This document shows positions 15,211 to 24,960 of a DNA stretch of 28,809 bases, one piece after another. The stretch covers positions 1 to 28,809 of IMG/VR virus record IMGVR_UViG_3300033076_000119; one strand, 5' to 3'. Origin of the DNA: a virus (taxonomy: Duplodnaviria > Caudoviricetes). Made by a program: the position numbers and the translations under genes. Position 1 is the stretch's first letter; every line of letters starts with the position of its first letter. Under the pieces are notes generated by a model. That model searched no databases, was not told the origin of the DNA, and saw only the letters and a program-made list of their open reading frames with translations.

Positions 15211-16992
15211 TTATGAAGTGCAGTAGATGTTATAACCTACGTCAAAACTTATATCACTAGTTGGGGCACTTTCAGTCCAATTAACATAAAAGAATTTTAT
15301 CGAATATGTGTCGCCAGCAACCAAATCAAGACGATCTGTTAACGCAAAATCGTTCCAATATTGTGCGCCGGAGCCGCCCGATGCTGAACCAGCAAGATAC
15401 CCGCCGATACTACTGTATATGCCAAAACTAGCTTGAATATTATCCTCGGGTTCCTGCAAGTATAGCTGTGCAACTTGTGCTGTTTGACTTGGATCAAAAC
15501 TAGTGCCAGCAGTTACGCCTGCCACAGTAATGCCATATGGACTTTGCGTGTTATCGCCATTTACAATAGCATACTTACATCCTCGGCCACCATTTGCACC
15601 TGAAGTATTTTGGTCAATGATAACATCAACTTTATATGAACCAGAAATCTTTGGAGTGAAAGTAATAGTGCTGCCCATTTGACTAAAGCTGCTGTTGCTA
15701 GAAGATTGTCCAAGTCCGCTAACAGTGAATTTGCCACTAGCAGCACTAATCATCACATTATTTGTGTTGCTGGTAATAGTATTAAGATTGCCAGCTTGAC
15801 TTACAAGATCATATCCGGTATTGCTACTAAACAAATCAAATACTTTCTTAAACATGCTGCCTGTTGCTGTGTTTCCTAAAAACAATTGATCTAAGTTGTT
15901 TAGTAGTGTTAATGCGCCAAGTGCTGTTACAAGAGCACCAGTGCTAGAACTTGCAGTTGTGTTTTCGTCGATGTTGTTTGTGGTCTGAACTGGAGTATAA
16001 ACAAATCCGCTAGGCTCAGAGAATGGGCCAAGAGTTTGTCCGTTAACACCACGTGTCTTAACATAGAAGTTGCCAGAATTCAAACTATCGGTTGTAATTG
16101 TAACTGTGTTGCCAAATGGGAATGTGTTGCCAAAGCTGGGCTTTACACGGTCAAGTAGTTGATACACGCGATTTTCATCAAGTGTATAAGTATCAGGTGT
16201 GTACCAAAACTCTAACGCATCTACTGTGCCAGTTGGTGTTGTGCTGGAAATAGTTACACGCGGACGTGCATCTTGTTCAATTTTACTAACACTAGGTGTT
16301 CCGGGAATACCAATGTTACCAATTGTTTGAATACCTGTGCTGTTTGTTCTAATGTAACGATACAAATCGTCAGTGCTGTAAACACTTTCAGAATATTCAC
16401 GTGCAGTAATGGCAATTTCGATATTGCCATCATCGGTGTCGCTTTCAACAAGTTTCTCTATGCGGAACATGCGATTAACAAAACCATATGTTGTGCTAGT
16501 AATGTCAATTAAGTCACCAGCCTTTAAACCAATTTGTGAAAAGTCTGTTTTAAACTGCACCACAAGATCAAGACGATTTTGTTTTAGTTCAACAAGTCCT
16601 AGGTATTCTGCTTGCAATGGATCGTTAATGATATCATATTGAATGTTCAACACATTATCAATTTCGTTTGGAAATAGATCGCCAGCAGGCATAGAGTCAT
16701 GAATGAAATCTTTTTCATCATTTAAATCAATATGCGGAAATTCAACTCGAACACTATTGTATAGTCCATCAAGTCCAGTTCCAGCAATTGCAATTGCGCC
16801 GATAATGTTGCTATCATCAAAACTTGCTACACTAGTGCCAGCTTCATTAATAACAACACTCCAAAGGCCATCATGGCTGTCATAGGTAACCCAGCTAGCG
16901 GCAGCGCCAGCAAGAGTTTCCATATTTTGTAAAACTGTTTTGTCAGTTCCTAAGATACCATTGATACTGTAGGTATATTCACTATAAGCCAT
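15211..16992 (-). CDS. Tail tip/central fibre protein, C-terminal part (gpJ/Phage-tail_3-like with FN3-like region)
   Basis: YSINGIL, YNSVRVEFP, LKAGDLIDIT...MFRIEKL...ITAREY motifs typical of gpJ-like hub domains; FYVKTRGVN...GPFS FN3-like strand. Confidence 0.85.
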   Translation of the reverse strand: MAYSEYTYSINGILGTDKTVLQNMETLAGAAASWVTYDSHDGLWSVVINEAGTSVASFDDSNIIGAIAIAGTGLDGLYNSVRVEFPHIDLNDEKDFIHDSMPAGDLFPNEIDNVLNIQYDIINDPLQAEYLGLVELKQNRLDLVVQFKTDFSQIGLKAGDLIDITSTTYGFVNRMFRIEKLVESDTDDGNIEIAITAREYSESVYSTDDLYRYIRTNSTGIQTIGNIGIPGTPSVSKIEQDARPRVTISSTTPTGTVDALEFWYTPDTYTLDENRVYQLLDRVKPSFGNTFPFGNTVTITTDSLNSGNFYVKTRGVNGQTLGPFSEPSGFVYTPVQTTNNIDENTTASSSTGALVTALGALTLLNNLDQLFLGNTATGSMFKKVFDLFSSNTGYDLVSQAGNLNTITSNTNNVMISAASGKFTVSGLGQSSSNSSFSQMGSTITFTPKISGSYKVDVIIDQNTSGANGGRGCKYAIVNGDNTQSPYGITVAGVTAGTSFDPSQTAQVAQLYLQEPEDNIQASFGIYSSIGGYLAGSASGGSGAQYWNDFALTDRLDLVAGDTYSIKFFYVNWTESAPTSDISFDVGYNIYCTS

Positions 16993-17002
16993 CTCTTAAT
17001 CC

Positions 17003-18667
17003 TTAATAAAATCTAATAATAACAAGTCCGCCAGTGCCGCTTCCGGGTGTTTGTGTGGAAGTTGCTCCGTTGCCGCCATGCCCGTATCCGGTATATGATT
17101 GCCCACCACCTGCGCCATTGCCGCCATGACCAAATGTTGTAAATGGTGATGCAGCACCAAGCAAATAGTAATCACTGCTGGTAATTCCGGGTCCGCCTGA
17201 TCCAGCACCACTAGGAGTGCCGTCTGTTCCGGGGCCGCCTGCACCGCCACCGCCGCCACCATATACATTAGATGAGCCACTTAGATGTTGCCATACGCCG
17301 CCTGTGATAGCATTGCCAGAAATGTTTGCATTGGTCCAGCCCCCACCAAGTGCAACAACAACGTTGCCAGAAGTTGATCCAGTAATGTATGTGTTGCCAC
17401 CTGGTTGTCCATCTGTTCCGACAACGGTGCCGCCAGCACCAACGTTAATAGTGTATGAAGTGTTGTCTAATCTAACACCAACGTTTGCAATAATAGTTCC
17501 TGCACGTCCGCCTAGTCTTGATCCTGGGCTTGTGGTTTTCTTATTGCCACCGGCACCACCACTGATAGTAATGATATCACAAAGTTGATATGCTTTTTCA
17601 GCAGCAGAAGGAGTAAATGTTCCACTACTTGTAAACACATAAGTGTTGGCCTGTGGAGGCACATTTGCAAGTATTGTCAAATCAACAGTCTTGTTCACTA
17701 ACGTTACGCTATCCTTTTGAATATTGATGGTCATAGACTTTGCACCAGTAACGTTTGCTGCGGGCTTAAAATGCAACGAACGAAGATTTGTGTTTGTTGT
17801 ACTTACGTTTGCAGTAAGTGTATAATAAGAACTTGTGGGATTTGCAGTCAATCCAATGTTGCCGCCAGTAACTGAAACATTTGATATGTAGGTGCTTGAT
17901 CCACTTTCATTAATAAATGGATAATAATTTCTAAAAATAAATTGATCTACGTTTTGGAATGCATAACGATCTTGTTCAAAGTTCACTAAATTTGCATTAA
18001 AACTATCAGTAGTGTCAACAGGAAGGCTTGCACCGTAATCAATACCGGCATTGCGTGTAAATGTGGTGCTCCATCTATCAGTTCTTAGTGATGTTTTCAA
18101 CTCAAATTCTAAAGTGGAACCTAAGTTAGAAACACTAATGAGAGGACACTTAACCAAGTTCCAATCATTCATGTTCTTAATACCACGAACTGTGTATATC
18201 CAGGAAATTGGATTTCCGCCACCATCATATTCGTATGCACCCCATTGGGCATACATTGTTCCAGACCCAATGCCAGTTAGAGGATATTGATATCCGTTCC
18301 ATGAATTTTGTATGCCGGCAAATGTCACATGATTTCTAAGTGATAGTAGAGTTGATAAATCAGTTAGAGAAGAACTGGATACTGTTCTATCAACAATAAC
18401 GCTAAATTCAAAACCCGATGTATAAACATTAGATGATGTGAAAGTTGTAGACCCACTTGACGTGAAGTCTAAGTATACTTTTGCTGGGTTAACAATACGA
18501 GAAAACCCATACGGAGTGCGATAAGGTAAGAAGTAATTTACATCAGCAACTTGAGCATCAGGTGTGCTAGGAGGTTCAGAACTAGTATATGCAATTTCGT
18601 GCGTACGATAATCAACAACTGGATACAAGCGACCGCTTGCTCGGTTTAAATCACTAAGACTTTTCAT
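17003..18667 (-). CDS. Tail-associated protein with a C-terminal glycine-rich domain, inserted within the split tail-tip locus
   Basis: FTSSGTFTP...ISGGAGG...SYTINVGAGG...GGLVIIRFY glycine-rich fibre domain. Confidence 0.8.
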   Translation of the reverse strand: MKSLSDLNRASGRLYPVVDYRTHEIAYTSSEPPSTPDAQVADVNYFLPYRTPYGFSRIVNPAKVYLDFTSSGSTTFTSSNVYTSGFEFSVIVDRTVSSSSLTDLSTLLSLRNHVTFAGIQNSWNGYQYPLTGIGSGTMYAQWGAYEYDGGGNPISWIYTVRGIKNMNDWNLVKCPLISVSNLGSTLEFELKTSLRTDRWSTTFTRNAGIDYGASLPVDTTDSFNANLVNFEQDRYAFQNVDQFIFRNYYPFINESGSSTYISNVSVTGGNIGLTANPTSSYYTLTANVSTTNTNLRSLHFKPAANVTGAKSMTINIQKDSVTLVNKTVDLTILANVPPQANTYVFTSSGTFTPSAAEKAYQLCDIITISGGAGGNKKTTSPGSRLGGRAGTIIANVGVRLDNTSYTINVGAGGTVVGTDGQPGGNTYITGSTSGNVVVALGGGWTNANISGNAITGGVWQHLSGSSNVYGGGGGGAGGPGTDGTPSGAGSGGPGITSSDYYLLGAASPFTTFGHGGNGAGGGQSYTGYGHGGNGATSTQTPGSGTGGLVIIRFY

Positions 18668-19437
18668 TATACATTAATCTCCGAATCTGTAAGACCAGCA
18701 CCATAGCGTGTATTGGTCATGTAATCATACAAGCAATCACCGGGCTGGCTCATTGAGTTTTCAATGTGAAACTTTAAGCTGCTTGGTGCTGCGGTCACGC
18801 TTTTATCTCTGTTGTAGTTTACTTCAATGACCGCAAAGATCAGCTCACTCATTGTGTGGTTTGAGGTCCATTCAGGAACAATACTATAAGCAGCACTCAA
18901 ACTGCCATTTGTGTATCCGCTAGGAACAACTGGTGTGGAACTAGATCCAGCAAAGCAATAGACTTTAACTAGACCTTGCATACTGTAATCAACATTACTG
19001 TCTCGATCTAGTGTGTAATCTACTGTGATACCATCACTTTTAAACACACAACGCTGGTCATTGATATAGATATCACGGAAGGTAAATGTGCTTGGCAATC
19101 CAGTGCTTAATAGTGAGCCAGTCTTTTCACAGATTGTATAAACAAAATGCATTCGTGTGTTACTATTAGAAATACGTGCTTCTGTTAACATGCCAGGCGC
19201 AAATGCAGATCCATATACAACTGGTATTCGATTATCGGGGCTTGCACTTAACGTAAGTCGATTTTTGGGATCAGGCGCAGAACTAGTGGCACCACCAGGA
19301 TTGCTACTGCTCTTGCCATTTCGGTTAAGTAGATATAGTGTCGCACCTAATGCAGCAGTTCGTGCAAGACTAGAACCCATACTATCGCCACCAAATACTG
19401 CTTTGCCTACATCTACGATATCATCTAAGAAACTCAT
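18667..19437 (-). CDS. Tail tip protein, N-terminal part
   Basis: IPVVYG motif and terminal PGDCLYDYMTNTRYGAGL, typical of the N-terminal half of gpJ-like proteins. Confidence 0.82.
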   Translation of the reverse strand: MSFLDDIVDVGKAVFGGDSMGSSLARTAALGATLYLLNRNGKSSSNPGGATSSAPDPKNRLTLSASPDNRIPVVYGSAFAPGMLTEARISNSNTRMHFVYTICEKTGSLLSTGLPSTFTFRDIYINDQRCVFKSDGITVDYTLDRDSNVDYSMQGLVKVYCFAGSSSTPVVPSGYTNGSLSAAYSIVPEWTSNHTMSELIFAVIEVNYNRDKSVTAAPSSLKFHIENSMSQPGDCLYDYMTNTRYGAGLTDSEINV

Positions 19438-19448
19438 CTGTTAATCCT

Positions 19449-20030
19449 TTATTTTATAACTGCACCAAAGTTGAAGTTGCTTTTTGTGATTGCGGTGACA
19501 CGATCCATACTTAGATCATTAGGAAAATACTTCTTTTGATCGTTGCTATTTGTTCTGCGTCCTGCAACTTTATTGTTTAATACATCAACTGTGCTGGAGG
19601 CAGTAAACATAATTCTATTCGAAGTTGTTTTTGCACCCATTTGCCAATCTTCTTCAAGGGCATAGTTGGTGATAATACCTTGAAAGCGGCCAGCTGGATT
19701 ACCGGTAATGCTTAACTGCTGTTTTGTGTTTGCATCAAAGAACACACGCCATACTTGAACGGTGGAGCCCTTAAACTTCTGTGCAAGCACTTCAGCAATA
19801 CTGCTATCAGGGATGCCACTAATACTAATGCTTAGTGTGCCTCCTGTTGCTCGCAAGTCGCTAGTGCTATCTGTGACACTTAGTAGTGTGCCTAAGTTTG
19901 TGTAGGTGTCTGTGCCAATAGTTACAGGAATGTTGTAATTGCTAAACAGTAGAACATCATAATCAGGCACATCAATGCGACAAAACATTGCTGCTTCAAC
20001 TGCTGAGTATGTGCTTAGATTGATGCTCAT
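19449..20030 (-). CDS. Minor tail/baseplate hub protein (DUF2163/gpL-like)
   Basis: YTNLGTLLSV, LSISISGI, GRRTN..DQKKYFPND; position after the distal tail gene. Confidence 0.78.
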   Translation of the reverse strand: MSINLSTYSAVEAAMFCRIDVPDYDVLLFSNYNIPVTIGTDTYTNLGTLLSVTDSTSDLRATGGTLSISISGIPDSSIAEVLAQKFKGSTVQVWRVFFDANTKQQLSITGNPAGRFQGIITNYALEEDWQMGAKTTSNRIMFTASSTVDVLNNKVAGRRTNSNDQKKYFPNDLSMDRVTAITKSNFNFGAVIK

Positions 20031-20638
20031 ACTAATACCTCAGAGAATCTAAATGGTCCAGACCAAGATACTTGATTTCGTGCATCAATGGTCCAACTTG
20101 GCATTTCTGTGCAAATAACAGTCCATGTAACAGCAGGTCCAATGATTAGTGATCCGGAGCCGTTTGCATCAACAATAGCTCTATTAAGATTAACAGTAGA
20201 TGAAATTGAATTTACATCTGCTACAACGGAATACACGTGGCCGCCGGATCCAAGTTGTATAAAATCACCTACACGGAATTTATATGTAGATGCTGATCCA
20301 CCGGATAGTGTGATTGACGTTGCACCTTGTGTCCATGACGCAGTGAAAGCTGTTCCATCACCACGATACTTGTTCAACCAACTAGTGTAACCTGTATTGT
20401 TCATCTGAACTGTGCCTTGCGTATAACGATCGGCATAGTCAATTGCTTCAATGTAAGGACGAGCAGCATCCCATGGCATGCCGTCGGGCAATCGCACTTC
20501 AAAGCGCCATACCTGACCTCCACGCGATACTGTTCGTACTGTGTTGTCACGAGAGATTGTTTGTGCTACTGTAGCACGACGATCAATGCCGATACTTTGG
20601 GCATTGTCGAATACGTATTGGAATGCAGTTGTTGTCAT
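20027..20638 (-). CDS. Distal tail protein
   Basis: Immediately follows the tape measure gene; beta-rich with GDFIQ motif. Confidence 0.72.
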   Translation of the reverse strand: MTTTAFQYVFDNAQSIGIDRRATVAQTISRDNTVRTVSRGGQVWRFEVRLPDGMPWDAARPYIEAIDYADRYTQGTVQMNNTGYTSWLNKYRGDGTAFTASWTQGATSITLSGGSASTYKFRVGDFIQLGSGGHVYSVVADVNSISSTVNLNRAIVDANGSGSLIIGPAVTWTVICTEMPSWTIDARNQVSWSGPFRFSEVLV

Positions 20639-20650
20639 TCTTTAATCCTT

Positions 20651-22903
20651 TTATCTGCGGCTTGTTGGGTATGAGCGAGCGCCAGCCATTGCCACTGCAT
20701 GAATGAAGCTTGGGTCACGAGCAACTAGTGCTTGGAAACTTGGAGCATCAACTGCTTGTATATTATATACCACAGATTGTCCACCACCCATTAAGTCCTT
20801 GTTTGGTACCATGCTGCCATTGCCATCTGGTAAGAACAATTCAGGTCCGCGCTCACCAACAATGTATGGTCGATTGCCGCTTACTGGACCACCACTTGCA
20901 AGAATACCAGGGATAATCTTGCCGCCAAATAGTCCGCCTGTGGCGCCTGTGCCACCGGAACCTAGACCCATGATCTTGGCAATACTTGCCTTAACTTGCA
21001 TACGTAGCAGGTCTTCAAGAATACTGTTAATCATACTCTTGAATTCAAACTTACCAGTCTTGGCAAAGTTCACAAATGCATCTTCCATAGAGCTTGTGAC
21101 TTTAGAGAAGATTTGTTGTGCTTGGTTTGCAGCATTGGTTGCATTGTCCACATACTCACGTAATGCGTTGTTCCAACCAGTTGAGAATTGACGACTTACC
21201 TCATACAATTCACTTTGCTTGGCTTTTAATGCTTCAGTGCCTTTGATGCTGATATCATAATACTTCTGTGCTTCTTCAGGAGTCAATTTGCGATTTAAAC
21301 GAGACTCTTCAGCTTGTATTGCGCTACGTGCAGATGCTTTAGCTGCTGCATCAATATCATAGTACTTCTTTTCAATTTCGCTCATGCCAATCTTTGCCAG
21401 GTCACCTTGAATGCCCAGCAATTGATTGTTCATGTCGATTTCGTGTTGGATACCATACAAGCGAACCTTTTCTGCGTTCTGTAGCATGTTGCTATTGTCA
21501 ATAGAACGCTTTAATCGATCACTTTCCGCAGCAGTTAACTTTTGAATCTTGGCAATTTGTTCGTCGTATGCTTTGCCAACACCACCGGCAAGTTCATCTT
21601 TGGTTAGTTGTTCTTTAGCAGCACGTAGACGATCGATTTCATCAGCACTACGCTTATACAATTCTTCTTGCGCTTTAATAACATCGCCGTATTCTTTGCT
21701 CTTACCAATTAGTTGGTTTTCAGTGTTGATGTTATCAATCACATGTGCATTGGCTTTTGCAAATGCTTGAGCACTTCGTTCAATTTCAGCAACTTTACGT
21801 TTGTATGCGTATTCAACTTCACGTTGTGCGCCCGCATTCTTCTTGGTCGCTTCTTCTTCTTTTTTGTTTTCTTCACTGCCGCCAAAGAAAGCAGCAGCGC
21901 CAGCAATAAGGCCGCCACCTAAACCAACTGCACTTGCAGCATCGCGTAAACCAGTAATGCCTTTGTTGGCTGCGCCGCCAGTGAGTGCTCGTCCAATGTT
22001 TAATTTACCTAAGCCATCAGCAATGAAAGATACGCCGCGACCGGCCATGCCCAATAAGCTAATGAATGATCGTAAGCCACTGGCAACGAATGTTGCAACA
22101 ATGATTGTGCCTAGCACTTTAAATGCAGTAATTAAACTTGGCATCTTGTCTAACAAGTCAGCAAGGCCAGATACAATAGGTTCGAATGCTTCTAAGAACG
22201 CAATACGAATCTTAGAAATACTTTCTTCCCACTTGTCATTTAATTCAGCAGCACGTTTAATGCTTTCTGCCATCTTGGTTGTGGCTGCATCACCATCGCG
22301 TAGTTTCTGAACAAAGCTTTCATCAATAGTAACACCACGGAAGCTCTTGCCTAGCAATTCACTTTGTAGTGCAGTCTTGTGTGCGCTCTGTTCCATTTTA
22401 GCAAGACCTTCAACAGTCTTCATGAACAGCTCTTGTTCAGTTAAGTTTGCAAGATCTTTAAGTCCAATATTCAACTCACCAAATACTGCTTGTAGGCGGC
22501 CCGAGCCTTCTGCGGCAGCATCAATTTGCGTGTAGAAATACTGTAGTCCTTTGGCAGCACCTTCGGCATTGCCGCCAGCAGTAATAGTGGCTTGTTGGAA
22601 TGCAACAATGCTGTTAACACCAATGCCAGTTGCTTGGCTTAGATCATTAATAGCATCTGCCATGGCAATTGCACTCTTGGCAAAGCCTAAAAATGCAGCG
22701 CCAGCAATAACTGTTTTAAGTTTTGTAATGCCAGTGGTTAAAGCACCAGTGTTGACATTAAGTTTGCTAAAACTGTCATTGGCATCTGACATAGCGGTTT
22801 TTGCAGTTTGAGCAAACTGTTTTGTTTGCCCTTCTGCTTTGCCTAATTCGGCAATGTAACTTTTGTTATCAATGGTTAGCGTTACGCTAATGTTAGTTGC
22901 CAT
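20651..22903 (-). CDS. Tape measure protein (750 aa)
   Basis: Long helical Ala-rich protein; lambda-like TMP C-terminal region (GWNNALREYVDNATN, MEDAFVNFAKTGK) and ASGGPV...YIVGERGPELF. Confidence 0.95.
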   Translation of the reverse strand: MATNISVTLTIDNKSYIAELGKAEGQTKQFAQTAKTAMSDANDSFSKLNVNTGALTTGITKLKTVIAGAAFLGFAKSAIAMADAINDLSQATGIGVNSIVAFQQATITAGGNAEGAAKGLQYFYTQIDAAAEGSGRLQAVFGELNIGLKDLANLTEQELFMKTVEGLAKMEQSAHKTALQSELLGKSFRGVTIDESFVQKLRDGDAATTKMAESIKRAAELNDKWEESISKIRIAFLEAFEPIVSGLADLLDKMPSLITAFKVLGTIIVATFVASGLRSFISLLGMAGRGVSFIADGLGKLNIGRALTGGAANKGITGLRDAASAVGLGGGLIAGAAAFFGGSEENKKEEEATKKNAGAQREVEYAYKRKVAEIERSAQAFAKANAHVIDNINTENQLIGKSKEYGDVIKAQEELYKRSADEIDRLRAAKEQLTKDELAGGVGKAYDEQIAKIQKLTAAESDRLKRSIDNSNMLQNAEKVRLYGIQHEIDMNNQLLGIQGDLAKIGMSEIEKKYYDIDAAAKASARSAIQAEESRLNRKLTPEEAQKYYDISIKGTEALKAKQSELYEVSRQFSTGWNNALREYVDNATNAANQAQQIFSKVTSSMEDAFVNFAKTGKFEFKSMINSILEDLLRMQVKASIAKIMGLGSGGTGATGGLFGGKIIPGILASGGPVSGNRPYIVGERGPELFLPDGNGSMVPNKDLMGGGQSVVYNIQAVDAPSFQALVARDPSFIHAVAMAGARSYPTSRR

Positions 22904-23225
22904 TGTTAGTTCTCCTTATAGCTTGTGGAATCAATACTCGAACAACGTAATCGACTGTAGGTTGTGTCATGCCTCGTGGTGCTTGCACACTACCACGCAT
23001 GCCTTTGGCTGTCATATGACGACCCATATCCAACACTTCTGCGTATGGATAATCAGCTTCAATAGTGCGTTGGTTCTGTGTAGTTGAGCGTCTAGCATTG
23101 CCAGTTTTAATTGGCGTTACTTTTAAAAAGTGCTTAAACGCATCATCGGCGACAGAATCAATTTCCTTTTCAGCCAAAGCAATGAGCTTTCGAAACTCAC
23201 TGGTATCTACAGTCATTTTAATCAT
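22893..23225 (-). CDS. HK97 gp10-like neck/tail completion protein
   Basis: TPIKTGNARRS and YAEVLDMG motifs. Confidence 0.8.
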   Translation of the reverse strand: MIKMTVDTSEFRKLIALAEKEIDSVADDAFKHFLKVTPIKTGNARRSTTQNQRTIEADYPYAEVLDMGRHMTAKGMRGSVQAPRGMTQPTVDYVVRVLIPQAIRRTNNGN

Positions 23226-23503
23226 GTTTTTGGATTCCTTACGTTATCAATCATGGCAAGCATTTCTTCAGTGCTTAATTTCTTACCACTTGGTGCTGCT
23301 TTACCGGTTCGCTTTGCTTCTTCCACTTCATACATGTGTGATTGGTATCGCATTGCAAGATCGGCAACATACAAATCAAATGTAGATGCCGAAGCCATGA
23401 CTTCACTGGGTAGTTTGCCGTATCTTTTACTAACAAAGTCCAGTGTCAACATGATGGTTAGTTCTGGGTCTGGTTCATCGAAGTTGACACTTGGGGCTTT
23501 CCC
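23222..23503 (-). CDS. Tail assembly chaperone, -1 frameshift extension (gpT-like)
   Basis: Frame is open from the slippery site: GKAPSVNFDEPDPELTIMLTLDFVSKRYGKLPSEVM... Confidence 0.8.
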   Translation of the reverse strand, partial: GKAPSVNFDEPDPELTIMLTLDFVSKRYGKLPSEVMASASTFDLYVADLAMRYQSHMYEVEEAKRTGKAAPSGKKLSTEEMLAMIDNVRNPKT

Positions 23504-23790
23504 AGCGTTTCAACTACCTTTTGAATAGCAGCCATCATTACATCTGTGGGTAATGCAAGGCCGTCTTTAACAACAGGTGTGCCATCTTCATTTAAGATCA
23601 TGTCATTGATCATGCCAGCAAGTTGATCAAACTTTGCTGTGTCTAGTGTTGCGATCTTGACAAAGTTGTCTAGTCCTTGACGATCATAGATGTAAAACTC
23701 AAGTGAGTCGCCGTAGGCTTCTACAATACTTGCGTCATCAAGGCTTAGTTTAATTAGTTGTGGCTTACTAGCCAATTGTGATAATTTCAT
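23458..23790 (-). CDS. Tail assembly chaperone (gpG-like, 110 aa)
   Basis: Start reassigned to ATG 23790 (AGGAG SD, ATGA overlap); lies between tail tube and TMP; G GGA AAG near the 3' end. Confidence 0.85.
   Translation of the reverse strand: MKLSQLASKPQLIKLSLDDASIVEAYGDSLEFYIYDRQGLDNFVKIATLDTAKFDQLAGMINDMILNEDGTPVVKDGLALPTDVMMAAIQKVVETLGKPQVSTSMNQTQN
23497..23503 (-). other. -1 ribosomal frameshift slippery site GGGAAAG
   Basis: Same heptamer as the lambda G/T site, in X XXY YYZ phase (CTG GGA AAG). Confidence 0.88.
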
Positions 23791-23966
23791 CGTGAATCTC
23801 CTGTTCTTTCTATCATTTTGTTTGCCAACACTAACAGAAAACTTAATCTGTTGTGGGCTTTCTCTAGATCTCCTTTTGCACATCGTATCTCGTTAGCTGC
23901 TTTAGCAATTTCAGCGAGCATTGTGCGAAGGATTTCTGCTTCGGTCTTTTTATCTAATACGTCCAT
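23787..23966 (-). CDS. Small coiled-coil protein (59 aa; not in ORF track)
   Basis: MDVLDKKTEAEILRTMLAEIAKAANEIRCAKGDLEKAHNRLSFLLVLANKMIERTGDSR; AGGAG SD; CATAAATA upstream. Confidence 0.8.
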   Translation of the reverse strand: MDVLDKKTEAEILRTMLAEIAKAANEIRCAKGDLEKAHNRLSFLLVLANKMIERTGDSR

Positions 23967-23994
23967 CGATCTTCTCCTATCTATTTATGGATAC

Positions 23995-24018
23995 AAGAAA
24001 AGGGCCTTGTGAGCCCTT
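23995..24018 (-). terminator. Intrinsic terminator after the tail tube gene
   Basis: AAGGGCU-CACAA-GGCCCUU followed by UUCUU. Confidence 0.75.
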
Positions 24019-24042
24019 AACTTGCTTAGTTACACCTGAGGA

Positions 24043-24537
24043 TTACTCAGAAGTTGCTACAGTATAGTCACCTGTTACAGTGATAGTAACTGGTGTTACC
24101 CATACTGGACTGTCTGCACTAATAGTTGGGGCTAAACCTGTGATGTAGCCTTGACCCTTAATGAAGTAGTCGGTTGTAGACTCTTGAACTTTCAAAGAGA
24201 AAGTTGTAAGTGTCTTGTTGCGGCTTAGACCCATAATACCTTGTTGGGCAGTAGTGTCGCCTTGGCCGGCAGTTACGTTGCTACCGAAGAAAGTAGTTGG
24301 ATCAACAACCAAGTTCATGCTAACAGAGTTAGTAGAAGTTGTTGCAACTTGTTTCTTAGCAGTAGCATCAAGTTGCGACCAAGTAAACACGTCATTAGCG
24401 TTGTTAATGGTAACATCTTGCAATGCTGGGATTGTAACGTTAGCACTTGTTAGTGCTAATGTGCCTAGTGCTAGGCCAGATTCGATCTTAAGAACGACTT
24501 GGCTTGTAGTACCAGGAGCTGGATTAATATAACTCAT
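24043..24537 (-). CDS. Major tail (tube) protein
   Basis: 164 aa, Thr-rich beta protein with G.GYITGLAPT...VTITVTG; position; followed by a terminator. Confidence 0.85.
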   Translation of the reverse strand: MSYINPAPGTTSQVVLKIESGLALGTLALTSANVTIPALQDVTINNANDVFTWSQLDATAKKQVATTSTNSVSMNLVVDPTTFFGSNVTAGQGDTTAQQGIMGLSRNKTLTTFSLKVQESTTDYFIKGQGYITGLAPTISADSPVWVTPVTITVTGDYTVATSE

Positions 24538-24555
24538 TTGTTATTCCTTTGCTGG

Positions 24556-24960
24556 TTAGTTAAGTTGTTTGGTAAAGCTGAATTCAAATTCAGTAACAAG
24601 TGCGTCAGCTTCAAAGCGTGTGCTAACTTGACAACGGCGTTGTGTAACACCAGTAATATCAGAGGTTAGTCGACATTCTTTGACTGCATCAACAAGTGTT
24701 TCATAGTTTGAAGGCAGCAGTTTGGCGTCTGTAACGAAGTATGCACGAACAGTTGTAGTTTCATCTACCCAAGTTGCACCACTTAATGTAGCTAATGTTG
24801 CGTCTTGACTAATTTGGTCAACGTCAACATAGATCTTTTTAAAGTTCTTTAGATACAATGGTGTGCCGCTTGCGTCATATGGCAGTTCAGTGCTCATTGA
24901 GAATGTGCCCAATGTGTTTGCACCTAGTGCTCGGATGCTGTCGTAGATGGCTTGTCTCAT
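24556..24960 (-). CDS. Tail terminator-like protein
   Basis: Size and position immediately before the tail tube gene. Confidence 0.6.
   Translation of the reverse strand: MRQAIYDSIRALGANTLGTFSMSTELPYDASGTPLYLKNFKKIYVDVDQISQDATLATLSGATWVDETTTVRAYFVTDAKLLPSNYETLVDAVKECRLTSDITGVTQRRCQVSTRFEADALVTEFEFSFTKQLN

Noticed and set aside
23791-23883. N-terminal extension of the tail chaperone ORF
   Set aside because: Region is occupied by the 59-aa ORF 23787..23966; SD and ATGA coupling support the 23790 start.
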